From positions 3,872,001 to 3,936,000 of the forward strand of contig OZ242326.1 of the NCBI GenBank assembly GCA_965208325.1: a stretch of DNA of 64,000 nt. The letters are read 5' to 3'. Shown one piece after another: positions 19,113 through 28,965 of this stretch. Every line of letters begins with the position of its first letter. Position 1 is the first letter of the stretch. A program made the position numbers and the translations under genes. Under the pieces are notes generated by a model, which worked only from the letters and a program-made list of their open reading frames with translations, had not been told where the DNA came from and made no database searches. This DNA comes from Candidatus Poribacteria bacterium. GTDB lineage: Bacteria; Poribacteria; WGA-4E; PCPOR2b.

Positions 19113-19823
19113 TCAACTCAAGGTTCCACCGGGTTTGAGTTCAATGATTTCCACAGCAAGGTCCGCGGTCAGTTCACGCAGCGCATCCGGTGTTCCGGTT
19201 AGCACTGGAAACGTCCCGTAGTGCATGGGAATGATGGTAGGAACATTAAGCAATCTCGCTGCATACGCCGCCTCCCTCGGTCCCATGGTGAAGTAATCCC
19301 CGATCGGAAGGAGTGCGAGATCCGGTTGGTAAATTTCGCTGATGATTCGCATATCACTAAACACGTTTGTGTCCCCGGCGTGGTAAATCTTATATCCATT
19401 TGGAAATTCGACGATATACCCGGCCGGTTCGCCGCCGTAAACGATTGAACCATCGGCTTCCGTAATACCGTTGCTGTGATTTGCATGAACCATCGTCACG
19501 TTAATCCCGTTTACAGTTTGAGTCCCGCCTTTATTCATGGCGCTGATGTTCTCGACGCCTTGCGCTTCAAGCCAACTACCGGTTTCGAGAATCGCCACTA
19601 CTGTGGGTGTATATTCCTTTGCTAACTCGACAGCGTCTGCGAAGTGATCAGCGTGCGCGTGCGTGATGAGCATAGTGTCAATTTTATCAAATGTTTTGAG
19701 GTCGTCCGGGCAAGACGGATTGTTCATCACCCACGAATCAATTAAGGTAGTTTGTCCATCAAATTCAACCTTAAACGTCGCATGTCCCAGCCATGTGAGT
19801 TGAATGCCGTTTTTCAGTGCCAT
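19113..19823 (-). CDS. Metallo-beta-lactamase-fold metal-dependent hydrolase (UPF0173-like)
   Basis: LTWLGHATF, THAHADH, YHAGDT, LPIGDYFTMGP, IPMHYGTFP; GGAGG RBS before ATG 19823. Confidence 0.9.
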   Translation of the reverse strand: MALKNGIQLTWLGHATFKVEFDGQTTLIDSWVMNNPSCPDDLKTFDKIDTMLITHAHADHFADAVELAKEYTPTVVAILETGSWLEAQGVENISAMNKGGTQTVNGINVTMVHANHSNGITEADGSIVYGGEPAGYIVEFPNGYKIYHAGDTNVFSDMRIISEIYQPDLALLPIGDYFTMGPREAAYAARLLNVPTIIPMHYGTFPVLTGTPDALRELTADLAVEIIELKPGGTLS

Positions 19824-19914
19824 GTAGTATCCTCCGTAATGTAAACCATTATGTTCAATTGATGTGCGCTTTGCAAATAGTTTAAATAGATAATCGCTGT
19901 CAGTTCGCTGTCCA

Positions 19915-19986
19915 ATTATACATGGGCTGCATGACCCTTTCAACCAGAATTTTGATATTGACGACAGCCAATACAGCCGTTATAAT
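19915..19986. promoter_or_regulatory. Back-to-back divergent sigma70-type promoters
   Basis: Plus strand TTGACG(19958)-17-TATAAT(19981); minus strand TTGAAA(19943)-17-TATAAT(19920). Confidence 0.75.
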
Positions 19987-20051
19987 CAACCATCGTAAAG
20001 TCTTAACCGCCCTAAGGTTCTTGAACTAATACCCAAAGAGTAGGAGAGCCA

Positions 20052-20987
20052 ATGAAATTAGTAAGTTTTCAGAGTTCTGATGGCACCAAACTGGGTGCAC
20101 TCATCGACGACCGAATCTTAGATCTCCAGACCACCTACCGAGCTGCCGTCGTAGATCCGGCTCTGCCCAAACTCTTAGCCGGCATGGACGCTTTTCTCGA
20201 AAGCGGGCAACGTGCATTTGATGCTGCGACTCATTCCATTCGTGTTGCGGAGGCGTCCCCTGAGAAAGCAGTTTGGGTGAAGGCTCCGCTCTTGCCGCCT
20301 GTTCCCAACCCAAACAAGATATTGCTGCTTGCCGGAAACTATGCCGCCCATATTGAAGAAGGCGGCGGTAAAGCTTTGAGTAAGGTAGAGACCACGCCGC
20401 GTGTATTCATGAAACCGCCAAGCACAACTCTGATAGCAACCGAACAACCCATTGTTATTCCCGCTAACGGTGCATTCATTGACTGGGAAGCTGAGCTCGG
20501 CATCGTCATCGGAAAACGCGGAAGATTTATCAGTGCCCACGATGCTCACGACTACGTCGCGGGATATACCATTGTCAACGATGTGTCAGAGCGTAGGTTA
20601 AAAGTCAAGGACTCGCGGGTTCCCCGGGACGGAGATGGATGGTTTGATTGGCTCAATGGAAAATGGTTTGACACGTTCGCGCCGATTGGCCCCTGCTTGG
20701 TAACCAAGGACGACATTCCAAATCCGGATGATTTGCATCTTACGCTGCGGCTTAACGGCGAGGTCAAGCAAGATGCCAACACCGGGCAGATGATTTTCAA
20801 CACGGCTGAGTTGGTCGAGTTTATTTCTACGCTGGTCACCCTCGAACCCGGGGATATTATATCAACTGGTACCCCGTCCGGCGTTGGACACCCCGATGAA
20901 AAACTTGCTGATGGTGATGTTGTTGAAATCGAGATCGAAAAAATCGGGGTTCTGCGAAATCCGGTTGTTCAGATGACAAACGCGTAA
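20052..20987 (+). CDS. Fumarylacetoacetate hydrolase family protein
   Basis: NYAAHIEE, FMKP, DWEAELGIVIG, NDVSER, GKWFDTFAPIGP, GDIISTGTPSGVG. Confidence 0.93.
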   Translation: MKLVSFQSSDGTKLGALIDDRILDLQTTYRAAVVDPALPKLLAGMDAFLESGQRAFDAATHSIRVAEASPEKAVWVKAPLLPPVPNPNKILLLAGNYAAHIEEGGGKALSKVETTPRVFMKPPSTTLIATEQPIVIPANGAFIDWEAELGIVIGKRGRFISAHDAHDYVAGYTIVNDVSERRLKVKDSRVPRDGDGWFDWLNGKWFDTFAPIGPCLVTKDDIPNPDDLHLTLRLNGEVKQDANTGQMIFNTAELVEFISTLVTLEPGDIISTGTPSGVGHPDEKLADGDVVEIEIEKIGVLRNPVVQMTNA

Positions 20988-21031
20988 TTTTCTGCTTATC
21001 GAATAGAGATAGATAAATCGCGAGGTGACTC

Positions 21032-22111
21032 ATGAAACCGAAATCGGGAATTGAAACTATCCACCCTTATCAAGGCGGCAAACCGATTGAAGAGGTCCAA
21101 CGCGAATTAGGAATCACCGATATTATCAAATTGGCGTCAAATGAAAACCCGCTTGGACCCTCCCCCCTAGCGAAAAACGCCATCCAACGGGCGGCCGATC
21201 AGGTGCATTTTTATCCTGATGGAGATGCGTATTACCTTAAAACTGAACTTGCAAAACACGTCGGCGTAGCACCCGAGAACCTAATCTTGGGAAACGGCTC
21301 TAACGAAATTCTGCAGATAGTCGGGGAGACCTACCTGTCGCCCAATGACGAGGCAATCTATTCTGAAAGCGCATTTGTCGTGTACATGCTTGTATCCAAG
21401 ACCTGCGGCGCAAAATCAATTGTCACACCGATGCGAAGATTCACACATGACCTTGAAGCGATGGCGGACGCAATCACCGATCAAACGCGTATAGTTTTCA
21501 TTGCAAATCCGAACAACCCAACTGGTACAATCGTGACGAGTGATCAGGCGGATCAATTCATGGAGCGTGTGCCGGATGATGTGCTCGTGGTCTTTGATGA
21601 AGCATACTTTGAGTATATTTATAGGCCCGACTATCCCCACACACTGCCATTGATCCAAGAAGGCCGCAACGTCGTAATCACACGGACGTTTTCCAAGATT
21701 TACGGGCTAGCCGGTTTGCGAATCGGATACGGCATTGCGAAACCGGAGATTATCCAGATGATGAACCGTGTCCGACAGCCGTTTAACTGCAACTCAATCG
21801 CACAAGAGGCGGCAAGGGCAGCGCTAAGGGATGACGCGCATGTCCGCTTTAGCCGGCAGACTAATGCCGCGGGCAAAGCCTATCTGTACGGCGCGTTGAA
21901 TCGAATAGGAATAGAATACGTCGAGTCCGACGGTAATTTCATTCTGGTTCACCTCAATCAATCCGGTCAGACCGTCGCCGACGCGCTCATGCGGAAAGGT
22001 GTAATTGTCCGTCCCGTCGCTGGATACGGATTCCCGAATTCAATCCGAGTGACCATCGGTAAGCGTGAAGAGAATGAGCGGTTTGCAGATACCTTGAAAG
22101 ATGTATTGTAA
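21032..22111 (+). CDS. hisC: Histidinol-phosphate aminotransferase
   Basis: IKLASNENP, GNGSNE, NPNNPTG, DEAY, RTFSKIYGLAGLRIG. Confidence 0.95.
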   Translation: MKPKSGIETIHPYQGGKPIEEVQRELGITDIIKLASNENPLGPSPLAKNAIQRAADQVHFYPDGDAYYLKTELAKHVGVAPENLILGNGSNEILQIVGETYLSPNDEAIYSESAFVVYMLVSKTCGAKSIVTPMRRFTHDLEAMADAITDQTRIVFIANPNNPTGTIVTSDQADQFMERVPDDVLVVFDEAYFEYIYRPDYPHTLPLIQEGRNVVITRTFSKIYGLAGLRIGYGIAKPEIIQMMNRVRQPFNCNSIAQEAARAALRDDAHVRFSRQTNAAGKAYLYGALNRIGIEYVESDGNFILVHLNQSGQTVADALMRKGVIVRPVAGYGFPNSIRVTIGKREENERFADTLKDVL

Positions 22112-22209
22112 TTCGAGATGCGTCGACCGGCAAAGTCGGTGAGTTGCAAATGAAGTTCAAAAAAGGTAAACCAAAAGGAATGTCCATTGCGTAGGAAAGG
22201 TTTTTTCCA

Positions 22210-22268
22210 TTGACAACCGCGGTTTAAATCGGGTATCTTTTAGGGCTGTCAAGCCAAATATCTTGACA
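22210..22268 (+). promoter_or_regulatory. Promoter of the ylxM-ffh operon with a downstream palindromic operator candidate
   Basis: TTGACA(22210)-18-TATCTT(22234), followed by TGTCAAG-N8-CTTGACA (22247-22268). Confidence 0.65.
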
Positions 22269-22303
22269 CCTCTAAACGAAGTCAGTGGCTGGGGCATTCC
22301 ATT

Positions 22304-22669
22304 TTGGCAATTGAAAAACTGAAGTTTGTCCACTTGTGCGATTTCTATGGAAATCTCCTAACTGAAAAACAGCGGGGATTCCTCAAACTGCATTATGAAC
22401 AAGATTTGTCGTTCGGAGAGATTGCCGCACGCTTTGATGTCACACGTCAAGCCGTCTGTGATTCAATTAAGTCAGCCGAAACTGCCCTCGAACGCTATGA
22501 GCACGCGCTAGGTCTGCTATCCGATTTTCACCGTCAGAGAGAAGTGTTTACGGATATATTGACGCGTCTTGAGGGTTTAGAACACGGACTTGATAATAGA
22601 GAAAAGATTTGTGCAATTCAATACATTAGAAAATGCGTCTACGCATTGATGGATTCTTCAGAATCCTAG
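22304..22669 (+). CDS. ylxM: YlxM-family HTH protein (SRP-associated)
   Basis: DFYGNLLTEKQ...DLSFGEIA....TRQAV.D.IK; lies immediately upstream of ffh. Confidence 0.88.
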   Translation: MAIEKLKFVHLCDFYGNLLTEKQRGFLKLHYEQDLSFGEIAARFDVTRQAVCDSIKSAETALERYEHALGLLSDFHRQREVFTDILTRLEGLEHGLDNREKICAIQYIRKCVYALMDSSES

Positions 22670-22687
22670 AGTACATTAAGGCTTCGC

Positions 22688-24067
22688 ATGTTTGAGAGTT
22701 TGACTGAAAAATTACAGGGCACCTTCAAGAAGCTTAGCGGGCGCGGAAAATTGACCGAAAAAAATGTTTCCGACGCCCTCAGAGAGGTCCGGTTTGCGTT
22801 ATTGGAAGCGGATGTAAATTACAAAATCGTCCGAGATTTTATCAATGACGTAAAGGTCAAGGCGCTAGGCCAAGAAGTGCTCGGCAGCCTAACACCCGAG
22901 CTTCAAATCGCCAAGATTTTTGGGGATGAACTCACGAAGCTAATGGGAACCGAAGTTGAGAAAGTCAAGATTGCTTCAAGCGGGCCGACAATTATTATGA
23001 TGGTGGGGCTGCAAGGTTCCGGTAAAACAACCGCGGCTGCTAAAATCGCTCTCCAATACCGCGCAGATGGGCGCCAACCGCTCTTGGTTGCCGCAGACAT
23101 TTATCGGCCGGCAGCCATTAAGCAACTTCAAATGCTCGGCGAGGAAATTGACGTGCCTGTTTTTTCCATGGGGACGGAGGTTTCGCCGGTCAATATTGTT
23201 CAAGCCGCCGTCAAGAGCGCTGTAAGTCTTGCCCAGAATTTTGTCATCGTCGACACTGCTGGACGACTGCATGTAGATGAAGAGTTAATGGAAGAACTGC
23301 GGTCGATTAAGTCGGCTGTTAGTCCCACCGAAATCCTACTTGTTGTCGATGCGATGACAGGCCAAGACGCGGTCAATATCGCCGAGAATTTTAACACCGA
23401 TTTGGACATTGACGGCGTAATTCTGTCCAAGCTCGATGGGGATGCCCGCGGCGGCGCTGCCCTCTCGATACGTGCCGTTATCCAAAAACCCATCAAGTTC
23501 GTCGGCGTTGGCGAAAAGGTTAGCCTAACGACGCTCGAAGAGTTCCATCCTGACCGAATGGCTTCGCGCATTTTGGGGCAAGGTGATTTCAGTACGTTAC
23601 TCGAAAGAGCCGAATCCGTTTTTAGTGAAGATCAAGCGAAAGAACTGGAACGTAAACTGACTGATAAACAGGGTTTGGATTTCGAAGATCTCTTAATCCA
23701 AATAGAGCAGATTAAAAAGATGGGGCCATTGGATCAGCTGATTGAGATGATTCCCGGAGCAAATAATTTGCCGATGAAAGGTATCCAAGCTGACGAGTCG
23801 CAATTGAAATACGCCAAAGCAATCGTACAATCCATGACACCCCAGGAGCGTAGAAATGCTCGCATTCTCAATCATAGCCGACGCCTTCGGATTGCCAACG
23901 GAAGCGGTACTTCAGTTCGCCAAGTGAACCAATTGGTAGAGCAACTGAAACTCATGAACCGCATGGTTAAACAACACACCGGACTTGAAATGCCTCAACT
24001 CGCGGCGAGGCAAATCGGGAAAAGACCCAAGGGTATGCAGAAGCGCAAAAAGCGCAAGAGGCGCTGA
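22688..24067 (+). CDS. ffh: Signal recognition particle protein Ffh
   Basis: ALLEADV, GLQGSGKTT, DTAGR, KLDGDARGGAALS, SMTPQER, RIANGSG. Confidence 0.98.
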   Translation: MFESLTEKLQGTFKKLSGRGKLTEKNVSDALREVRFALLEADVNYKIVRDFINDVKVKALGQEVLGSLTPELQIAKIFGDELTKLMGTEVEKVKIASSGPTIIMMVGLQGSGKTTAAAKIALQYRADGRQPLLVAADIYRPAAIKQLQMLGEEIDVPVFSMGTEVSPVNIVQAAVKSAVSLAQNFVIVDTAGRLHVDEELMEELRSIKSAVSPTEILLVVDAMTGQDAVNIAENFNTDLDIDGVILSKLDGDARGGAALSIRAVIQKPIKFVGVGEKVSLTTLEEFHPDRMASRILGQGDFSTLLERAESVFSEDQAKELERKLTDKQGLDFEDLLIQIEQIKKMGPLDQLIEMIPGANNLPMKGIQADESQLKYAKAIVQSMTPQERRNARILNHSRRLRIANGSGTSVRQVNQLVEQLKLMNRMVKQHTGLEMPQLAARQIGKRPKGMQKRKKRKRR

Positions 24068-24111
24068 GTGAATCAGTAAATCGTTAATCTTTACGAATGA
24101 GGAGGTAATAT

Positions 24112-24534
24112 TTGCCAGTTAGACTTAGATTGCAACGCCATGGAAGAAAAAAACGCCCTTTTTATCGGCTCGTGGCTGCCGATTCGCGCAGCCAAAGGGA
24201 TGGACGCTTTCTTGAAAGGCTTGGTTACTATAATCCGTTGACCAATCCAGCGGAAATTGTTGTCAATGAAGAAAAGGCTTTGAAATGGCTGAATCAAGGC
24301 GCACGCCCATCGGATACAGCCAAGAGTCTTTTGTCAAAAGCCGGAATCTGGGAGAAGTACATCAACGAAAAATTAGGGATCGTCCAGACGAATAGCGATG
24401 GGGATAGTTCTGACCGGCATAACTCGGAAACAGAACCCGCTCCCGATGACCAACCATCGTCGTCGGCCGATGAGCCGAATTCAACTTCCGATGAAGAGGT
24501 AGAGGAAAACACAGCCTCGGAGACAACTTCGTAA
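24112..24534 (+). CDS. rpsP: 30S ribosomal protein S16 with acidic C-terminal extension
   Basis: [42 protein letters not shown] start after GGAGG. Confidence 0.96.
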   Translation: MPVRLRLQRHGRKKRPFYRLVAADSRSQRDGRFLERLGYYNPLTNPAEIVVNEEKALKWLNQGARPSDTAKSLLSKAGIWEKYINEKLGIVQTNSDGDSSDRHNSETEPAPDDQPSSSADEPNSTSDEEVEENTASETTS

Positions 24535-24766
24535 GCACCGGAGGAATCAGACGAAGATGTGGTTCTAAACTCGATTCCATGCGCTGTGCTATTGCTTAAT
24601 ATCCAAAATTCGCCGATTGCTGAGAAGAAACGAACGAGTGAATAACGACGGATCAACCGACAGCAAAAGTTTTCGCCCTCGTTGTTCACTCGGTTGATCG
24701 ATTTGGATTTTATTGGCTGGCGGTCATTCCGAGAAGCTGAAAAACCGTACGTCATAAGGATGTTTC

Positions 24767-25006
24767 ATGTTGAAGGATTTGATTGAATTCATTGCGCAAT
24801 CTCTAGTAGACCATCCGGAGCAAGTTAAGGTACGTGAGATTGAGGAGGAAAAGGTAACGGTAGTAGAGTTGAGCGTCGCAGGCGAAGATTTGGGAAAGGT
24901 AATTGGAAAGGGCGGACGTACCGCGAAAGCCATGAGAGCTGTATTGCTTACGGCTGGAGTTAAAGCCAACAAAAAAACAGTGCTGGAAATCATCGAATCG
25001 CATTAG
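24767..25006 (+). CDS. khpA: KH-domain RNA-binding protein KhpA
   Basis: LVDHPEQV, DLGKVIGKGGRTAKA. Confidence 0.93.
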   Translation: MLKDLIEFIAQSLVDHPEQVKVREIEEEKVTVVELSVAGEDLGKVIGKGGRTAKAMRAVLLTAGVKANKKTVLEIIESH

Positions 25007-25062
25007 TTTCTTAATCCGCCAAAGCGCTATCCCCGTGCCAAAAAACTACGTGAGAATAGACA

Positions 25063-25470
25063 ATGGCTGTTATTGTAAAACGACCTGTTATTGTGAAGAA
25101 TATTGTCACGCAGGCTTTTAAAGAACAACTCACCGCGGAGCTAACGCAAGCAATTCAACAGATTGAGGAGTGGCTCGAACAGGAAGAATTCAAGAGTCGC
25201 CGCATGATTTCAGAAGCGCAAAAACACGATGCGCGCCGCGTCAGTCAGTTGCGTGAGCAAGCAAGACAGGAACGGGAAAAACAGGAACAGGTCAGGAACA
25301 ATCTCAAGCAGAAATTAGAACAAGTCCAGCAACTTGAAATTGACAGCCTTTTCGTCAGCGGGACGTATGATGCGCCTGTCAAAATCGAAGTTGGCGATGA
25401 CATTCGCACCAAACTGTCGCAGGCGGATATAGTTGTTAAAGACGGAATCGTTGTTCGGATTACTGAATGA
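25063..25470 (+). CDS. YlqD-family protein
   Basis: KRPVIVKNIVT, a central coiled coil, and VEVGD/IVVKDG-type C-terminal strands; position after khpA as in Bacillota. Confidence 0.8.
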   Translation: MAVIVKRPVIVKNIVTQAFKEQLTAELTQAIQQIEEWLEQEEFKSRRMISEAQKHDARRVSQLREQARQEREKQEQVRNNLKQKLEQVQQLEIDSLFVSGTYDAPVKIEVGDDIRTKLSQADIVVKDGIVVRITE

Positions 25471-26199
25471 ATGAGAATTGATGTCATCGCGCTATTCCCA
25501 GAAATCATACTTCCTGCGCTGCAAGTCGGTATCTTAAAACGAACGCAAGATGCCGGGAACTTGACAATCAATGTTCACAATCTCCGCGATTTTACCGCGG
25601 ATCGGCATCAAACCGTCGATGATTATCCGTACGGCGGCGGCGCGGGGATGATTATGAAGCCCGAACCCCTCTTTACTGCCGTCAGAACGTTGAGCCGCGA
25701 TTCGACAGCGCGAGTTATCTATTTGACGCCGCAAGGCACGCCTTTTACGCAGTCGCTTGCCGAAGCCCTTTCGCTTGAATCACATCTTCTGCTGATATGT
25801 GGGCGTTACAAAGGAATTGATGAACGCGTTCGAATGAAATTGGTCACAAACGAGATATCCATTGGGGATTACGTGCTGAGCGGGGGCGAGATTCCGGCGC
25901 TAGTTCTAATTGATGCAGTCGGGCGAGTTCTGCCGCGCGCCTTGGGAGATTATGAGTCCGCGCAGGGAGATTCTTTTAGCCAAGAGTTGCTTGATCACCC
26001 GCACTACACCAGGCCGGCCGAGTTTGAGGGTATGACAGTTCCTGAAGCACTCTTGAGTGGGAATCACGAAAAGATTACGGAATGGCGGCATGAACAATCG
26101 CTCAAACGGACGGCTGAACAACGTCCAGAACTGCTTGAGAAATATCAGCTCACTGAAGAGGATATCGCGTATTTGGATAGCCAAAAACCTGAACGATAA
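25471..26199 (+). CDS. trmD: tRNA (guanine-N1)-methyltransferase
   Basis: VDDYPYGGGAGM, CGRYKGIDER, SIGDYVLSGGE, PHYTRP, LSGNH. Confidence 0.97.
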   Translation: MRIDVIALFPEIILPALQVGILKRTQDAGNLTINVHNLRDFTADRHQTVDDYPYGGGAGMIMKPEPLFTAVRTLSRDSTARVIYLTPQGTPFTQSLAEALSLESHLLLICGRYKGIDERVRMKLVTNEISIGDYVLSGGEIPALVLIDAVGRVLPRALGDYESAQGDSFSQELLDHPHYTRPAEFEGMTVPEALLSGNHEKITEWRHEQSLKRTAEQRPELLEKYQLTEEDIAYLDSQKPER

Positions 26200-26220
26200 A
26201 CCAAGAGCGTGAGGAAGTTT

Positions 26221-26286
26221 GGCAGGCACAAGTCCTGTCCCAACAACGGATTCATTCTCTTCAGGGGCAACCCTTGTGGTTGCCCT
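26221..26286. repeat. REP-like palindrome doublet (inverted free copy of the MITE core)
   Basis: GGCAGGCACAAGTCCTGTCC and AGGGGCAACCCTTGTGGTTGCCCT match the reverse complement of the two hairpins inside the MITE, in the same order. Confidence 0.7.
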
Positions 26287-26321
26287 GCTACTAAAAAAAA
26301 TATTAAGGAAGTGAAATAACC

Positions 26322-26678
26322 ATGAATCTGATACAATCTGTTGAAAGTAAGTATATTAAGGATGATATTCCTAATTTTGGTCCAGGAGATACAGTGAGAG
26401 TGAACACCCGAATTCGTGAGGGGAAAAAGGAACGCACCCAAGCGTATGAAGGGACCGTGATTCGGCGTACTAAAGGTGGATTGAGTTCAACTTTTACGGT
26501 ACGCCGGGTTGCGTATGGCGAGGGAACCGAACGAACGTTTCCGCTGCACTCGCCAAACATTGAGAGTATTGAGGTCGTTCGATTCGGCGCCGTGCGTCGA
26601 GCCAAGCTATACTACTTACGTAATCGGACCGGTAAATCAGTGCGCATCCGTGAGAAGAAGCAGTCGAGTGACGCATAA
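26322..26678 (+). CDS. rplS: 50S ribosomal protein L19
   Basis: [36 protein letters not shown]. Confidence 0.97.
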   Translation: MNLIQSVESKYIKDDIPNFGPGDTVRVNTRIREGKKERTQAYEGTVIRRTKGGLSSTFTVRRVAYGEGTERTFPLHSPNIESIEVVRFGAVRRAKLYYLRNRTGKSVRIREKKQSSDA

Positions 26679-26829
26679 ATCTCTAAAACAACGGTGCCAT
26701 CCTAGATTTTACCACCTTTAGCGTTAGTCATTTAGGAACCCTCATAGAAATTGCCTTCGGTACGGGCGTGTCACGCATTGACTTTTGATTATTGTTATTC
26801 TTCCCCACGGCTGGGAGGTCGCATCAATT

Positions 26830-26860
26830 CCCCTCCTTGCCAAGGAGGGGTTAGGGGAGG
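26830..26860. repeat. GC-rich extragenic palindrome (CCCCTCCTT-GCC-AAGGAGGGG-TT-AGGGGAGG)
   Basis: Perfect 9-bp stem with a G-rich tail, a pattern typical of small dispersed intergenic repeats. Only one copy in the window. Confidence 0.5.
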
Positions 26861-27002
26861 TCGTAAGTTGAGATTTACTTTCCTCCATGACATGGCTTAC
26901 GATTACCCAATGTTCTCCTACAGTCTTCACTAGTTTTGGAGCCGAAACGTTTTTTTCGGGTTAATTTGTGAAAATTCTGATTTCTACAGCTGTGCAAGGC
27001 CT

Positions 27003-27986
27003 ATGAGGAAAACTCAATCAATAACGGACACCTCGCCGGAGCGTGCAAACGGCAAGAATGCAGAAAAACTCCGGTTCTGTGTCGTCGCCGATTGGCACGG
27101 TGCGCATGAACCGTTCGGCGAGTTAGCGCATCGTCTCATTGAAGAACGGCCTGAATTTGTCCTAGTTCCCGGCGATCTAGTTAATGCGAAAGGCGGAGAT
27201 CCTGCCCCTTGGGAACACTTCTTTGCAGGCATACGTCCCTTGCTTGACGCCGGCATCACGTATTATCCTGTACCCGGCAATCACGATTTCGATGGAGACA
27301 TCGCCGCCGCTCAACACGAGTGGATAAAAAGGTTTGACCTTCCGGACAATCAGTTCTTCTATTCCTTCGATTCCGGCCGCGCTCACTTCACGGGGTTGTG
27401 CGTCACGAAAGGGATGTTCATCCATGAATTCGACCTGTCCGACGGGCGTATATCGCAACGCAAATGGTTCGAGGGCGATTTAGAATCCTCGCGCCATGCG
27501 CGCTGGCGCTTCATCTTCCACCACGAGCCGGGCGCAGCGTTTTGCCGACTCAGTACCCCCAATGACGGCCTAGGACTCGCGGAGGTGTCCGAATCGGTCG
27601 AACCACTCGCATTCCGCGAAGGCGTGGATCTCATCTTTCGAGGCCATCAACACCTCTACGAGCGCACATATCCCGTCAATCCAATCGAAAAAGTGCGCGA
27701 CGACCGCCGCGGTGTTGTTCTCATTACCGTTGGCGGCGGCAACATCAATTACCGTCCGATAGACCCTGCGGACGCTGTCCCCAAATGGTTTGACGCTGTA
27801 ATCAGCGTACACCAGATGCACTACCTCACAATTCAGTTGACTGAAGACAGACTGGATGCCGAGGCGAAGAATCTTGCCGGGGAAGTGTTCGATCGATTCA
27901 CCATCCAAAAGTTTCCCGACGGATCACGAGAATGGGGTGGCCTCCCACCGACGCCCGTCTTCCTCGTCGAAAACCAACCGTGCTAA
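27003..27986 (+). CDS. Metallophosphoesterase (calcineurin-like / purple acid phosphatase-like)
   Basis: Metal-binding motifs DWH, GDLVN, PGNHD, FHH, GHQHLYER. Confidence 0.88.
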   Translation: MRKTQSITDTSPERANGKNAEKLRFCVVADWHGAHEPFGELAHRLIEERPEFVLVPGDLVNAKGGDPAPWEHFFAGIRPLLDAGITYYPVPGNHDFDGDIAAAQHEWIKRFDLPDNQFFYSFDSGRAHFTGLCVTKGMFIHEFDLSDGRISQRKWFEGDLESSRHARWRFIFHHEPGAAFCRLSTPNDGLGLAEVSESVEPLAFREGVDLIFRGHQHLYERTYPVNPIEKVRDDRRGVVLITVGGGNINYRPIDPADAVPKWFDAVISVHQMHYLTIQLTEDRLDAEAKNLAGEVFDRFTIQKFPDGSREWGGLPPTPVFLVENQPC

Positions 27987-28010
27987 CGAAATCGAGCACG
28001 AAGAGTAATT

Positions 28011-28724
28011 ATGCAAACTGGAACACGATCCGACACATCCGAACCCGCCGAATACGACGAGGCTGTCCGTCTTAATCCAAACTCTGCCGAAGCCTATTTT
28101 AACAGGGGAAAAGCGAGGGCTACCCAAGATCAAGAACCGTCCGCAATTTTGGATTATGATGAGGCACTCCGTCTCAACCCGAATTTCGCCGAAGCCTATT
28201 TCCATCGGGGTTGTCTGAAAGACTTCCTAGCACCACGCGAGTCTATTCTCGCGGTTAGCCGTGCGTCATTCCGTTGCGCGATTGCAGATTTTGACGAAGC
28301 CATACGACTAGGCCTTGAACTCTCCCTACTCTCTCACGCCTATTACAGACGAGGCCTAGCGAAATACAATTTGGACCAATATGAAGCCGCCATTCTCGAT
28401 TTTGATGCAGCTCTCAGTCTTGACCCAAGCGATTCCGAAAGTATCGACGGACGCAAGGACGCGGAAGGCACGCTAAATTTCTATGAGGGTGGGATTGCTC
28501 GTATGGATGGAAGGATTAAGCAGAATCCTGATGACATCAGAACCCTCAAGATCCGGGGCGAAACACAAGGCTTTTTAGGACGCATGCAGGAAGCGAAATC
28601 AGATTTTCAGATCATTCTAAAACTCACTATGGACACAGATGTAATAACAGAGATAGAACGGCACCTTCAAGAACTTGACAATCCCGACTATTGGCAGCAA
28701 TATAGCTGGCGGACCGAAGGTTAA
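28011..28724 (+). CDS. TPR-repeat protein
   Basis: Repeats of YDEA(V/L)RLNPN.AEAYF.RG and AYYRRGLAKYNLDQYEAAILDFDAALSLDP. Confidence 0.88.
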   Translation: MQTGTRSDTSEPAEYDEAVRLNPNSAEAYFNRGKARATQDQEPSAILDYDEALRLNPNFAEAYFHRGCLKDFLAPRESILAVSRASFRCAIADFDEAIRLGLELSLLSHAYYRRGLAKYNLDQYEAAILDFDAALSLDPSDSESIDGRKDAEGTLNFYEGGIARMDGRIKQNPDDIRTLKIRGETQGFLGRMQEAKSDFQIILKLTMDTDVITEIERHLQELDNPDYWQQYSWRTEG

Positions 28725-28796
28725 ATATAGATTTTGTGGGGTGGGTAGAGCGATCAACCGAGTGAAAAAACGAGGAGGATAGTCTTTCGAAATCAT

Positions 28797-28899
28797 TGTA
28801 GGTTGGGTTAAACGGGCTTGACTAAACAGTGTCGGTATGTCTGGAAGGATTGGTGGTTTGATGGCGATGAAAATTTTATTACCCGCAGCGTAACCCAAC
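28797..28899. repeat. ~105-bp REPIN-like element, copy 1
   Basis: Ends TGTAGGTTGGGTTA ... TAACCCAAC; internal AAACAGTGTCGGT and TTGGTGGTTTGAT are shared with 30256-30364. Confidence 0.8.
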
Positions 28900-28965
28900 G
28901 CTTTTTGTTAATTGGGGTGTGTATCGTTTAGCCGTGCCGGTTTCGGTATACGAAAATCTTTTGGC

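Noticed and set aside
24535..24766. SRP RNA or 6S RNA downstream of ffh-rpsP
   Set aside because: It lacks the SRP domain IV GGAA-tetraloop consensus, and the pairing is explained by a dispersed repeat.
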